From NCBI GenBank assembly GCA_964016885.1, contig OZ024742.1, forward strand, positions 44,888,001-44,952,000: DNA of 64,000 nt, given 5' to 3'. Numbering within the stretch: position 1 is the stretch's first letter; every line of letters begins with the position of its first letter. The DNA comes from Eledone cirrhosa (Eukaryota). The position numbers and the translations under genes were made by a program. Positions 27,478 through 42,400 of this stretch are shown piece after piece. The notes below the pieces were generated by a model that saw only the letters and a program-made list of their open reading frames with translations, ran no database searches and had not been told where the DNA came from.

Positions 27478-30400
27478 ATGACTCAATAATGTGTTACATG
27501 GCCCAAACATGCTGTATGTCACTATAGCAGCCCCATGACTCCTTCATGTGTTATATGGCCAAAACATGCTGTATGTCACTATAGCACACCTATGACTCCA
27601 TCATGTGTTATATGGCCAAAACATGCTGTATGTCACTATAGCACACCTATGACTCCATCATGTGTTATATGGCCAAAACATGCTGTATGTCACTATAGCA
27701 CCCCTAAGACTCCATCATCTGTTATATGGCCAAAACATGCTGTATGTCACTATAGCAGCCCCATGACTCCTTCATGTGTTATATGGCCAAAACATGCTGT
27801 ATGTCACTATAGCAGCCCTATGACTCAATCATGTGTTACATGGCCCAAACATGCTGTATGTCACTATAGCAGCCCCATGACTCCTTCATGTGTTATATGG
27901 CCAAAACATGCTGTATGTCACTATAGCACACCTATGACTCCATCATGTGTTATATGGCCAAAACATGCTGTATGTCACTATAGCACCCCTTAGACTCCAT
28001 CATGTGTTATATGGCCAAAACATGCTGTATGTCACTAGAGCACCCCTATGACTCAATCATGTGTTATATGGCCAAAACATGCTGTATGTCACTATAGCAC
28101 CCCTATGACTCAATCATGTGTTATATGGCCAAAACATGCTGTATGTCACTATAGCACCCCTATGACTCAATCATGTGTTATGTGGCCAAAACATGCTGTA
28201 TGTCACTATAGCACCCCTAAGACTCCATCATGTGTTATATGGGCAAAACATGCTGTAAGTCACTATAGCACCCCTAAGACTCCATCATGTGTTATATGGC
28301 CAAAACATGCTGTGTGTCAAGATAGCACCCCTATGACTCCATCAGATATTATATGGCCAAAACATGCTGTATGTCACTATAGCAGCCCTATGACTCAATC
28401 ATATTTTATATGGCCAAAACATGCTGTATGTCCCTATAGCAGCCCCATGACTCCATCATGTGTTATATGGCCATAACATGCTGTATGTCACTATAGCACC
28501 CCTATGACTCCATCATGTGTTATATGGCCAAAACATGCTGTATGTCACTATAGCACCCATAAGACTCCATCATGTGTTATATGGCCAAAACATGCTGTAT
28601 GTCACTATAGCAGCCCTATGACTCAATCATGTGTTATATGGCCAAAACATGCTGTATGTCACTATAGCATCCCTATGACTCAATCATGTGTTATATGCCC
28701 AAAACATGCTGTATGTCACTATAGCACCCCTATGACTCAATCATGTGTTATATGGCCAAAACATGCTGTATGTCACTATAGCACCCCTATGACTCAATCA
28801 TGTGTTATATGGCCAAAACATGCTGTATATCACTATAGCACCCCTATGACTCAATCATGTGTTATATGCCCAAAACATGCTGTATGTCACTATAGCACCC
28901 CTATGACTCAATCATGTGTTATATGGCCAAAACATGCTGTATGTCATTATAGCACCCCTAAGACTCAATCATGTGTTATATGGCCAAAACATGCTGTATG
29001 TCACTATAGCACCCCTAAGACTCCATCATGTGTTATATGGCCAAAACATGCTGTATGTCACTATAGCACCCCTATGACTCAATCATGTGTTATATGCCGA
29101 AAACATGCTGTATGTCACTATAGGACCCCTAAGACTCCATCATGTGTTATATGGGCAAAACATGGTGTATGTCACTATAGCACCCCTAAGACTCCATCAT
29201 GTGTTATATGGCCAAAACATGCTGTATGTCACTATAGCACCCCTATGACTCAATCATGTGTTATATGGCCAAAACATGCTGTATGTCACTATAGCATCCC
29301 TAAGACTCCATCATGTGTTATATGTCCAAAACATGCTGTATATCACTATAGCACCCCTATGACTCAATCATGTGTTATATGCCCAAAACATGCTGTATGT
29401 CACTATAGCACCCCTAAGACTCCATCATGTGTTATATGGCCAAAACATGCTGTATGTCACTATAGCAGCCCTATGACTCAATCATGTGTTATATGGCCAA
29501 AACATGCTGTATGTCACTATAGGACCCCTAAGACTCCATCATGTGTTATATGGCCAAAACATGCTGTATGTCACTATAGCACCCCTAAGACTCCATCATG
29601 TGTTATATGGCCAAAACATGCTGTATGTCACTATAGCACCCCTATGACTCAATCATGTGTTATATGGCCAAAACATGCTGTATGTCACTATAGCACCCCT
29701 AAGACTCCATCATGTGTTATATGGCCAAAACATGCTGTATGTCACTATAGCACCCCTATGACTCAATCATGTGTTATATGGCCAAAACATGCTGTATGTC
29801 ACTATAGGACCCCTAAGACTCCATCACGTGTTATATGGGCAAAACATGGTGTATGTCACTATAGCACCCCTAAGACTCCATCATGTGTTATATGGCCAAA
29901 ACATGCTGTATGTCACTATAGCACCCCTATGACTAAATCATGTGTTATATGGCCAAAACATGCTGTATGTCACTATAGCACCCCTATGACTCAATCATGT
30001 GTTATATGGCCAAAACATGCTGTATGTCACTATAGCACCCCTAAGACTCCATCATGTGTTGTATGGGCAAAACATGCTGTATGTCACTATAGCACCCCTA
30101 AGACTCCATCATGTGTTATATGGCCAAAACATGCTGTATGTCCCTATAGCAGCCCCATGACTCCATCATGTGTTATATGGCCAAAACATGCTGTATGTCA
30201 CTATAGCATCCCTATGACTCCATCATGTGTTATATGACCAAAACATGCTGTATGTCACTATAGCACCCTTAAAACTCCATCATGTGTTATATGGCCAAAA
30301 CATGCTGTATGTCACTATAGCAGCCCTATGACTCAATCATGTGTTATATGGCCAAAACATGCTGTATGTCACTATAGCACCCCTAAGACTCCATCATGTG

Positions 30401-33400
30401 TTATATGACCAAAACATGCTGTATGTCACTATAGCAGCCCTATGACTCAATAATGTGTTACATGGCCCAAACATGCTGTATGTCACTATAGCAGCCCCAT
30501 GACTCCTTCATGTGTTATATGGCCAAAACATGCTGTATGTCACTATAGCACACCTATGAGTCCATCATGTGTTATATGGCCAAAACATGCTGTATGTCAC
30601 TATAGCACACCTATGACTCCATCATGTGTTATATGGCCAAAACATGCTGTATGTCACTATAGCAACCCTAAGACTCCATCATCTGTTATATGGCCAAAAC
30701 ATGCTGTATGTCACTATAGCAGCCCTATGACTCAATCATGTGTTATATGACCAAAACATGGTGTATGTCACTATAGCACCCCTATGACACCATCAGATGT
30801 TATATGGCCAAAACATGCTGTATGTCACTATAGCAGCCCTATGACTCAATCATGTGTTACATGGCCCAAACATGCTGTATGTCACTATAGCAGCCCCATG
30901 ACTCCTTCATGTGTTATATGGCCAAAACATGCTGTATGTCACTATAGCACACCTATGACTCCATCATGTGTTATATGGCCAAAACATGCTGTATGTCACT
31001 ATAGCACCCCTTAGACTCCATCATGTGTTATATGGCCAAAACATGCTGTATGTCACTAGAGCACCCCTATGACTCAATCATGTGTTATATGGCCAAAACA
31101 TGCTGTATGTCACTATAGCACCCCTATGACTCAATCATGTGTTATATGGCCAAAACATGCTGTATGTCACTATAGCACCCCTATGACTCAATCATGTGTT
31201 ATGTGGCCAAAACATGCTGTATGTCACTATAGCACCCCTAAGACTCCATCATGTGTTATATGGGCAAAACATGCTGTAAGTCACTATAGCACCCCTAAGA
31301 CTCCATCATGTGTTATATGGCCAAAACATGCTGTGTGTCAAGATAGCACCCCTATGACTCCATCAGATATTATATGGCCAAAACATGCTGTATGTCACTA
31401 TAGCAGCCCTATGACTCAATCATATTTTATATGGCCAAAACATGCTGTATGTCCCTATAGCAGCCCCATGACTCCATCATGTGTTATATGGCCATAACAT
31501 GCTGTATGTCACTATAGCACCCCTATGACTCCATCATGTGTTATATGGCCAAAACATGCTGTATGTCACTATAGCACCCTTAAGACTCCATCATGTGTTA
31601 TATGGCCAAAACATGCTGTATGTCACTATAGCAGCCCTATGACTCAATCATGTGTTATATGGCCAAAACATGCTGTATGTCACTATAGCATCCCTATGAC
31701 TCAATCATGTGTTATATGCCCAAAACATGCTGTATGTCACTATAGCACCCCTATGACTCAATCATGTGTTATATGGCCAAAACATGCTGTATGTCACTAT
31801 AGCACCCCTATGACTCAATCATGTGTTATATGGCCAAAGCATGCTGTATATCACTATAGCACCCCTATGACTCAATCATGTGTTATATGCCCAAAACATG
31901 CTGTATGTCACTATAGCACCCCTATGACTCAATCATGTGTTATATGGCCAAAACATGCTGTATGTCATTATAGCACCCCTAAGACTCAATCATGTGTTAT
32001 ATGGCCAAAACATGCTGTATGTCACTATAGCACCCCTAAGACTCCATCATGTGTTATATGGCCAAAACATGCTGTATGTCACTATAGCACCCCTATGACT
32101 CAATCATGTGTTATATGCCGAAAACATGCTGTATGTCACTATAGGACCCCTAAGACTCCATCATGTGTTATATGGGCAAAACATGGTGTATGTCACTATA
32201 GCACCCCTAAGACTCCATCATGTGTTATATGGCCAAAACATGCTGTATGTCACTATAGCACCCCTATGACTCAATCATGTGTTATATGGCCAAAACATGC
32301 TGTATATCACTATAGCACCCCTATGACTCAATCATGTGTTATATGCCCAAAACATGCTGTATGTCACTATAGCACCCCTATGACTCAATCATGTGTTATA
32401 TGGCCAAAACATGCTGTATGTCATTATAGCACCCCTAAGACTCAATCATGTGTTATATGGCCAAAACATGCTGTATGTCACTATAGCACCCCTAAGACTC
32501 CATCATGTGTTATATGGCCAAAACATGCTGTATGTCACTATAGCACCCCTATGACTCAATCATGTGTTATATGCCGAAAACATGCTGTATGTCACTATAG
32601 GACCCCTAAGACTCCATCATGTGTTATATGGGCAAAACATGGTGTATGTCACTATAGCACCCCTAAGACTCCATCATGTGTTATATGGCCAAAACATGCT
32701 GTATGTCACTATAGCACCCCTATGACTCAATCATGTGTTATATGGCCAAAACATGCTGTATGTCACTATAGCATCCCTAAGACTCCATCATGTGTTATAT
32801 GTCCAAAACATGCTGTATATCACTATAGCACCCCTATGACTCAATCATGTGTTATATGCCCAAAACATGCTGTATGTCACTATAGCACCCCTAAGACTCC
32901 ATCATGTGTTATATGGCCAAAACATGCTGTATGTCACTATAGCAGCCCTATGACTCAATCATGTGTTATATGGCCAAAACATGCTGTATGTCACTATAGG
33001 ACCCCTAAGACTCCATCATGTGTTATATGGCCAAAACATGCTGTATGTCACTATAGCACCCCTAAGACTCCATCATGTGTTATATGGCCAAAACATGCTG
33101 TATGTCACTATAGCACCCCTATGACTCAATCATGTGTTATATGGCCAAAACATGCTGTATGTCACTATAGCACCCCTAAGACTCCATCATGTGTTATATG
33201 GCCAAAACATGCTGTATGTCACTATAGCACCCCTATGACTCAATCATGTGTTATATGGCCAAAACATGCTGTATGTCACTATAGGACCCCTAAGACTCCA
33301 TCACGTGTTATATGGGCAAAACATGGTGTATGTCACTATAGCACCCCTAAGACTCCATCATGTGTTATATGGCCAAAACATGCTGTATGTCACTATAGCA

Positions 33401-36400
33401 CCCCTATGACTAAATCATGTGTTATATGGCCAAAACATGCTGTATGTCACTATAGCACCCCTATGACTCAATCATGTGTTATATGGCCAAAACATGCTGT
33501 ATGTCACTATAGCACCCCTAAGACTCCATCATGTGTTGTATGGGCAAAACATGCTGTATGTCACTATAGCACCCCTAAGACTCCATCATGTGTTATATGG
33601 CCAAAACATGCTGTATGTCCCTATAGCAGCCCCATGACTCCATCATGTGTTATATGGCCAAAACATGCTGTATGTCACTATAGCATCCCTATGACTCCAT
33701 CATGTGTTATATGACCAAAACATGCTGTATGTCACTATAGCACCCTTAAAACTCCATCATGTGTTATATGGCCAAAACATGCTGTATGTCACTATAGCAG
33801 CCCTATGACTCAATCATGTGTTATATGGCCAAAACATGCTGTATGTCACTATAGCACCCCTAAGACTCCATCATGTGTTATATGACCAAAACATGCTGTA
33901 TGTCACTATAGCAGCCCTATGACTCAATAATGTGTTACATGGCCCAAACATGCTGTATGTCACTATAGCAGCCCCATGACTCCTTCATGTGTTATATGGC
34001 CAAAACATGCTGTATGTCACTATAGCACACCTATGAGTCCATCATGTGTTATATGGCCAAAACATGCTGTATGTCACTATAGCACACCTATGACTCCATC
34101 ATGTGTTATATGGCCAAAACATGCTGTATGTCACTATAGCAACCCTAAGACTCCATCATCTGTTATATGGCCAAAACATGCTGTATGTCACTATAGCAGC
34201 CCTATGACTCAATCATGTGTTATATGACCAAAACATGGTGTATGTCACTATAGCACCCCTATGACACCATCAGATGTTATATGGCCAAAACATGCTGTAT
34301 GTCACTATAGCAGCCCTATGACTCAATCATGTGTTACATGGCCCAAACATGCTGTATGTCACTATAGCAGCCCCATGACTCCTTCATGTGTTATATGGCC
34401 AAAACATGCTGTATGTCACTATAGCACACCTATGACTCCATCATGTGTTATATGGCCAAAACATGCTGTATGTCACTATAGCACCCCTTAGACTCCATCA
34501 TGTGTTATATGGCCAAAACATGCTGTATGTCACTAGAGCACCCCTATGACTCAATCATGTGTTATATGGCCAAAACATGCTGTATGTCACTATAGCACCC
34601 CTATGACTCAATCATGTGTTATATGGCCAAAACATGCTGTATGTCACTATAGCACCCCTATGACTCAATCATGTGTTATGTGGCCAAAACATGCTGTATG
34701 TCACTATAGCACCCCTAAGACTCCATCATGTGTTATATGGGCAAAACATGCTGTAAGTCACTATAGCACCCCTAAGACTCCATCATGTGTTATATGGCCA
34801 AAACATGCTGTGTGTCAAGATAGCACCCCTATGACTCCATCAGATATTATATGGCCAAAACATGCTGTATGTCACTATAGCAGCCCTATGACTCAATCAT
34901 ATTTTATATGGCCAAAACATGCTGTATGTCCCTATAGCAGCCCCATGACTCCATCATGTGTTATATGGCCATAACATGCTGTATGTCACTATAGCACCCC
35001 TATGACTCCATCATGTGTTATATGGCCAAAACATGCTGTATGTCACTATAGCACCCTTAAGACTCCATCATGTGTTATATGGCCAAAACATGCTGTATGT
35101 CACTATAGCAGCCCTATGACTCAATCATGTGTTATATGGCCAAAACATGCTGTATGTCACTATAGCATCCCTATGACTCAATCATGTGTTATATGCCCAA
35201 AACATGCTGTATGTCACTATAGCACCCCTATGACTCAATCATGTGTTATATGGCCAAAACATGCTGTATGTCACTATAGCACCCCTATGACTCAATCATG
35301 TGTTATATGGCCAAAGCATGCTGTATATCACTATAGCACCCCTATGACTCAATCATGTGTTATATGCCCAAAACATGCTGTATGTCACTATAGCACCCCT
35401 ATGACTCAATCATGTGTTATATGGCCAAAACATGCTGTATGTCATTATAGCACCCCTAAGACTCAATCATGTGTTATATGGCCAAAACATGCTGTATGTC
35501 ACTATAGCACCCCTAAGACTCCATCATGTGTTATATGGCCAAAACATGCTGTATGTCACTATAGCACCCCTATGACTCAATCATGTGTTATATGCCGAAA
35601 ACATGCTGTATGTCACTATAGGACCCCTAAGACTCCATCATGTGTTATATGGGCAAAACATGGTGTATGTCACTATAGCACCCCTAAGACTCCATCATGT
35701 GTTATATGGCCAAAACATGCTGTATGTCACTATAGCACCCCTATGACTCAATCATGTGTTATATGGCCAAAACATGCTGTATGTCACTATAGCATCCCTA
35801 AGACTCCATCATGTGTTATATGTCCAAAACATGCTGTATATCACTATAGCACCCCTATGACTCAATCATGTGTTATATGCCCAAAACATGCTGTATGTCA
35901 CTATAGCACCCCTAAGACTCCATCATGTGTTATATGGCCAAAACATGCTGTATGTCACTATAGCAGCCCTATGACTCAATCATGTGTTATATGGCCAAAA
36001 CATGCTGTATGTCACTATAGGACCCCTAAGACTCCATCATGTGTTATATGGCCAAAACATGCTGTATGTCACTATAGCACCCCTAAGACTCCATCATGTG
36101 TTATATGGCCAAAACATGCTGTATGTCACTATAGCACCCCTATGACTCAATCATGTGTTATATGGCCAAAACATGCTGTATGTCACTATAGCACCGCTAA
36201 GACTCCATCATGTGTTATATGGCCAAAACATGCTGTATGTCACTATAGCACCCCTATGACTCAATCATGTGTTATATGGCCAAAACATGCTGTATGTCAC
36301 TATAGGACCCCTAAGACTCCATCACGTGTTATATGGGCAAAAGATGGTGTATGTCACTATAGCACCCCTAAGACTCCATCATGTGTTATATGGCCAAAAC

Positions 36401-39400
36401 ATGCTGTATGTCACTATAGCACCCCTATGACTAAATCATGTGTTATATGGCCAAAACATGCTGTATGTCACTATAGCACCCCTATGACTCAATCATGTGT
36501 TATATGGCCAAAACATGCTGTATGTCACTATAGCACCCCTAAGACTCCATCATGTGTTGTATGGGCAAAACATGCTGTATGTCACTATAGCACCCCTAAG
36601 ACTCCATCATGTGTTATATGGCCAAAACATGCTGTATGTCCCTATAGCAGCCCCATGACTCCATCATGTGTTATATGGCCAAAACATGCTGTATGTCACT
36701 ATAGCACCCCTATGACTCCATCATGTGTTATATGACCAAAACATGCTGTATGTCACTATAGCACCCTTAAAACTCCATCATGTGTTATATGGCCAAAACA
36801 TGCTGTATGTCACTATAGCAGCCCTATGACTCAATCATGTGTTATATGGCCAAAACATGCTGTATGTCACTATAGCACCCCTAAGACTCCATCGTGTGTT
36901 ATATGGCCAAAACATGCTGTATGTCACTATAGCAGCCCTATGACTCAATCATGTGTTATATGGCCAAAACATGCTGTATGTCACTATAGCACCCCTATGA
37001 CTCAATCATGTGTTATATGGCCAAAACATGCTGTATGTCACTATAGCACCCCTAAGACTCCATCATGTGTTGTATGAGCAAAACATGCTGTATGTCACTA
37101 TAGCACCCCTAAGACTCCATCATGTGTTATATGGCCAAAACATGCTGTATGTCACTATAGCACCCCTATGACTCAATCATGTGTTATATGGCCAAAACAT
37201 GCTGTATATCACTATAGCACCCCTATGACTCAATCATGTGTTATATGCCCAAAACATGCTGTATGTCACTATAGCACCCCTAAGACTCCATCATGTGTTA
37301 TATGGCCAAAACATGCTGTATGTCACTATAGCACCCCTAAGACTCCATCATGTGTTATATGACCAAAACATGCTGTATGTCACTATAGCACCCCTAAGAC
37401 TCCATCATGTGTTATATGGCCAAAACATGCTGTATGTCACTATAGCACCCCTATGACTCCATCAGATATTATATGGCCAAAACATGCTGTATATCACTAT
37501 AGCAGCCCTATGACTCAATCATGTGTTATATGGCCAAAACATGCTGTATGTCACTATAGCAGCCCTATGACTCCATCATGTGTTATATGGCCAAAACATG
37601 CTGTATGTCACTATAGCACCTCTATGACTCCATCATGTGTTATATGGCCAAAACATGCTGTATGTCACTATAGCACCCCTAAGACTCCATCATGTGTTAT
37701 ATGGCCAAAACATGCTGTATGTCACTATAGCACCCCTATGACTCAATCATGTGTTATATGGCCAAAACATGCTGTATGTCACTATAGCACCCCTAAGACT
37801 CCATCATGTGTTATATGGCCAAAACATGCTGTATGTCACTATAGCACCCCTATGACTCAATCATGTGTTATATGGCCAAAACATGCTGTATGTCACTATA
37901 GGACCCCTAAGACTCCATCACGTGTTATATGGGCAAAACATGGTGTATGTCACTATAGCACCCCTAAGACTCCATCATGTGTTATATGGCCAAAACATGC
38001 TGTATGTCACTATAGCACCCCTATGACTAAATCATGTGTTATATGGCCAAAACATGCTGTATGTCACTATAGCACCCCTATGACTCAATCATGTGTTATA
38101 TGGCCAAAACATGCTGTATGTCACTATAGCACCCCTAAGACTCCATCATGTGTTGTATGGGCAAAACATGCTGTATGTCACTATAGCACCCCTAAGACTC
38201 CATCATGTGTTATATGGCCAAAACATGCTGTATGTCCCTATAGCAGCCCCATGACTCCATCATGTGTTATATGGCCAAAACATGCTGTATGTCACTATAG
38301 CACCCCTATGACTCCATCATGTGTTATATGACCAAAACATGCTGTATGTCACTATAGCACCCTTAAAACTCCATCATGTGTTATATGGCCAAAACATGCT
38401 GTATGTCACTATAGCAGCCCTATGACTCAATCATGTGTTATATGGCCAAAACATGCTGTATGTCACTATAGCACCCCTAAGACTCCATCATGTGTTATAT
38501 GACCAAAACATGCTGTATGTCACTATAGCAGCCCTATGACTCAATAATGTGTTACATGGCCCAAACATGCTGTATGTCACTATAGCAGCCCCATGACTCC
38601 TTCATGTGTTATATGGCCAAAACATGCTGTATGTCACTATAGCACACCTATGACTCCATCATGTGTTATATGGCCAAAACATGCTGTATGTCACTATAGC
38701 ACACCTATGACTCCATCATGTGTTATATGGCCAAAACATGCTGTATGTCACTATAGCAACCCTAAGACTCCATCATCTGTTATATGGCCAAAACATGCTG
38801 TATGTCACTATAGCAGCCCTATGACTCAATCATGTGTTATATGACCAAAACATGGTGTATGTCACTATAGCACCCCTATGACACCATCAGATGTTATATG
38901 GCCAAAACATGCTGTATGTCACTATAGCAGCCCTATGACTCAATCATGTGTTACATGGCCCAAACATGCTGTATGTCACTATAGCAGCCCCATGACTCCT
39001 TCATGTGTTATATGGCCAAAACATGCTGTATGTCACTATAGCACACCTATGACTCCATCATGTGTTATATGGCCAAAACATGCTGTATGTCACTATAGCA
39101 CCCCTTAGACTCCATCATGTGTTATATGGCCAAAACATGCTGTATGTCACTAGAGCACCCCTATGACTCAATCATGTGTTATATGGCCAAAACATGCTGT
39201 ATGTCACTATAGCACCCCTATGACTCAATCATGTGTTATATGGCCAAAACATGCTGTATGTCACTATAGCACCCCTATGACTCAATCATGTGTTATGTGG
39301 CCAAAACATGCTGTATGTCACTATAGCACCCCTAAGACTCCATCATGTGTTATATGGGCAAAACATGCTGTAAGTCACTATAGCACCCCTAAGACTCCAT

Positions 39401-42400
39401 CATGTGTTATATGGCCAAAACATGCTGTGTGTCAAGATAGCACCCCTATGACTCCATCAGATATTATATGGCCAAAACATGCTGTATGTCACTATAGCAG
39501 CCCTATGACTCAATCATATTTTATATGGCCAAAACATGCTGTATGTCCCTATAGCAGCCCCATGACTCCATCATGTGTTATATGGCCATAACATGCTGTA
39601 TGTCACTATAGCACCCCTATGACTCCATCATGTGTTATATGGCCAAAACATGCTGTATGTCACTATAGCACCCTTAAGACTCCATCATGTGTTATATGGC
39701 CAAAACATGCTGTATGTCACTATAGCAGCCCTATGACTCAATCATGTGTTATATGGCCAAAACATGCTGTATGTCACTATAGCATCCCTATGACTCAATC
39801 ATGTGTTATATGCCCAAAACATGCTGTATGTCACTATAGCACCCCTATGACTCAATCATGTGTTATATGGCCAAAACATGCTGTATGTCACTATAGCACC
39901 CCTATGACTCAATCATGTGTTATATGGCCAAAGCATGCTGTATATCACTATAGCACCCCTATGACTCAATCATGTGTTATATGCCCAAAACATGCTGTAT
40001 GTCACTATAGCACCCCTATGACTCAATCATGTGTTATATGGCCAAAACATGCTGTATGTCATTATAGCACCCCTAAGACTCAATCATGTGTTATATGGCC
40101 AAAACATGCTGTATGTCACTATAGCACCCCTAAGACTCCATCATGTGTTATATGGCCAAAACATGCTGTATGTCACTATAGCACCCCTATGACTCAATCA
40201 TGTGTTATATGCCGAAAACATGCTGTATGTCACTATAGGACCCCTAAGACTCCATCATGTGTTATATGGGCAAAACATGGTGTATGTCACTATAGCACCC
40301 CTAAGACTCCATCATGTGTTATATGGCCAAAACATGCTGTATGTCACTATAGCACCCCTATGACTCAATCATGTGTTATATGGCCAAAACATGCTGTATG
40401 TCACTATAGCATCCCTAAGACTCCATCATGTGTTATATGTCCAAAACATGCTGTATATCACTATAGCACCCCTATGACTCAATCATGTGTTATATGCCCA
40501 AAACATGCTGTATGTCACTATAGCACCCCTAAGACTCCATCATGTGTTATATGGCCAAAACATGCTGTATGTCACTATAGCAGCCCTATGACTCAATCAT
40601 GTGTTATATGGCCAAAACATGCTGTATGTCACTATAGGACCCCTAAGACTCCATCATGTGTTATATGGCCAAAACATGCTGTATGTCACTATAGCACCCC
40701 TAAGACTCCATCATGTGTTATATGGCCAAAACATGCTGTATGTCACTATAGCACCCCTATGACTCAATCATGTGTTATATGGCCAAAACATGCTGTATGT
40801 CACTATAGCACCGCTAAGACTCCATCATGTGTTATATGGCCAAAACATGCTGTATGTCACTATAGCACCCCTATGACTCAATCATGTGTTATATGGCCAA
40901 AACATGCTGTATGTCACTATAGGACCCCTAAGACTCCATCACGTGTTATATGGGCAAAACATGGTGTATGTCACTATAGCACCCCTAAGACTCCATCATG
41001 TGTTATATGGCCAAAACATGCTGTATGTCACTATAGCACCCCTATGACTAAATCATGTGTTATATGGCCAAAACATGCTGTATGTCACTATAGCACCCCT
41101 ATGACTCAATCATGTGTTATATGGCCAAAACATGCTGTATGTCACTATAGCACCCCTAAGACTCCATCATGTGTTGTATGGGCAAAACATGCTGTATGTC
41201 ACTATAGCACCCCTAAGACTCCATCATGTGTTATATGGCCAAAACATGCTGTATGTCCCTATAGCAGCCCCATGACTCCATCATGTGTTATATGGCCAAA
41301 ACATGCTGTATGTCACTATAGCACCCCTATGACTCCATCATGTGTTATATGACCAAAACATGCTGTATGTCACTATAGCACCCTTAAAACTCCATCATGT
41401 GTTATATGGCCAAAACATGCTGTATGTCACTATAGCAGCCCTATGACTCAATCATGTGTTATATGGCCAAAACATGCTGTATGTCACTATAGCACCCCTA
41501 AGACTCCATCGTGTGTTATATGGCCAAAACATGCTGTATGTCACTATAGCAGCCCTATGACTCAATCATGTGTTATATGGCCAAAACATGCTGTATGTCA
41601 CTATAGCACCCCTATGACTCAATCATGTGTTATATGGCCAAAACATGCTGTATGTCACTATAGCACCCCTAAGACTCCATCATGTGTTGTATGAGCAAAA
41701 CATGCTGTATGTCACTATAGCACCCCTAAGACTCCATCATGTGTTATATGGCCAAAACATGCTGTATGTCACTATAGCACCCCTATGACTCAATCATGTG
41801 TTATATGGCCAAAACATGCTGTATATCACTATAGCACCCCTATGACTCAATCATGTGTTATATGCCCAAAACATGCTGTATGTCACTATAGCACCCCTAA
41901 GACTCCATCATGTGTTATATGGCCAAAACATGCTGTATGTCACTATAGCACCCCTAAGACTCCATCATGTGTTATATGACCAAAACATGCTGTATGTCAC
42001 TATAGCACCCCTAAGACTCCATCATGTGTTATATGCCCAAAACATGCTGTATGTCACTATAGCACCCCTAAGACTCCATCATGTGTTATATGGCCAAAAC
42101 ATGCTGTATGTCACTATAGCACCCCTATGACTCCATCAGATATTATATGGCCAAAACATGCTGTATATCACTATAGCAGCCCTATGACTCAATCATGTGT
42201 TATATGGCCAAAACATGCTGTATGTCACTATAGCAGCCCTATGACTCCATCATGTGTTATATGGCCAAAACATGCTGTATGTCACTATAGCACCTCTATG
42301 ACTCCATCATGTGTTATATGGCCAAAACATGCTGTATGTCACTATAGCACCCCTAAGACTCCATCATGTGTTATATGGCAAAAACATGCTGTATGTCACT

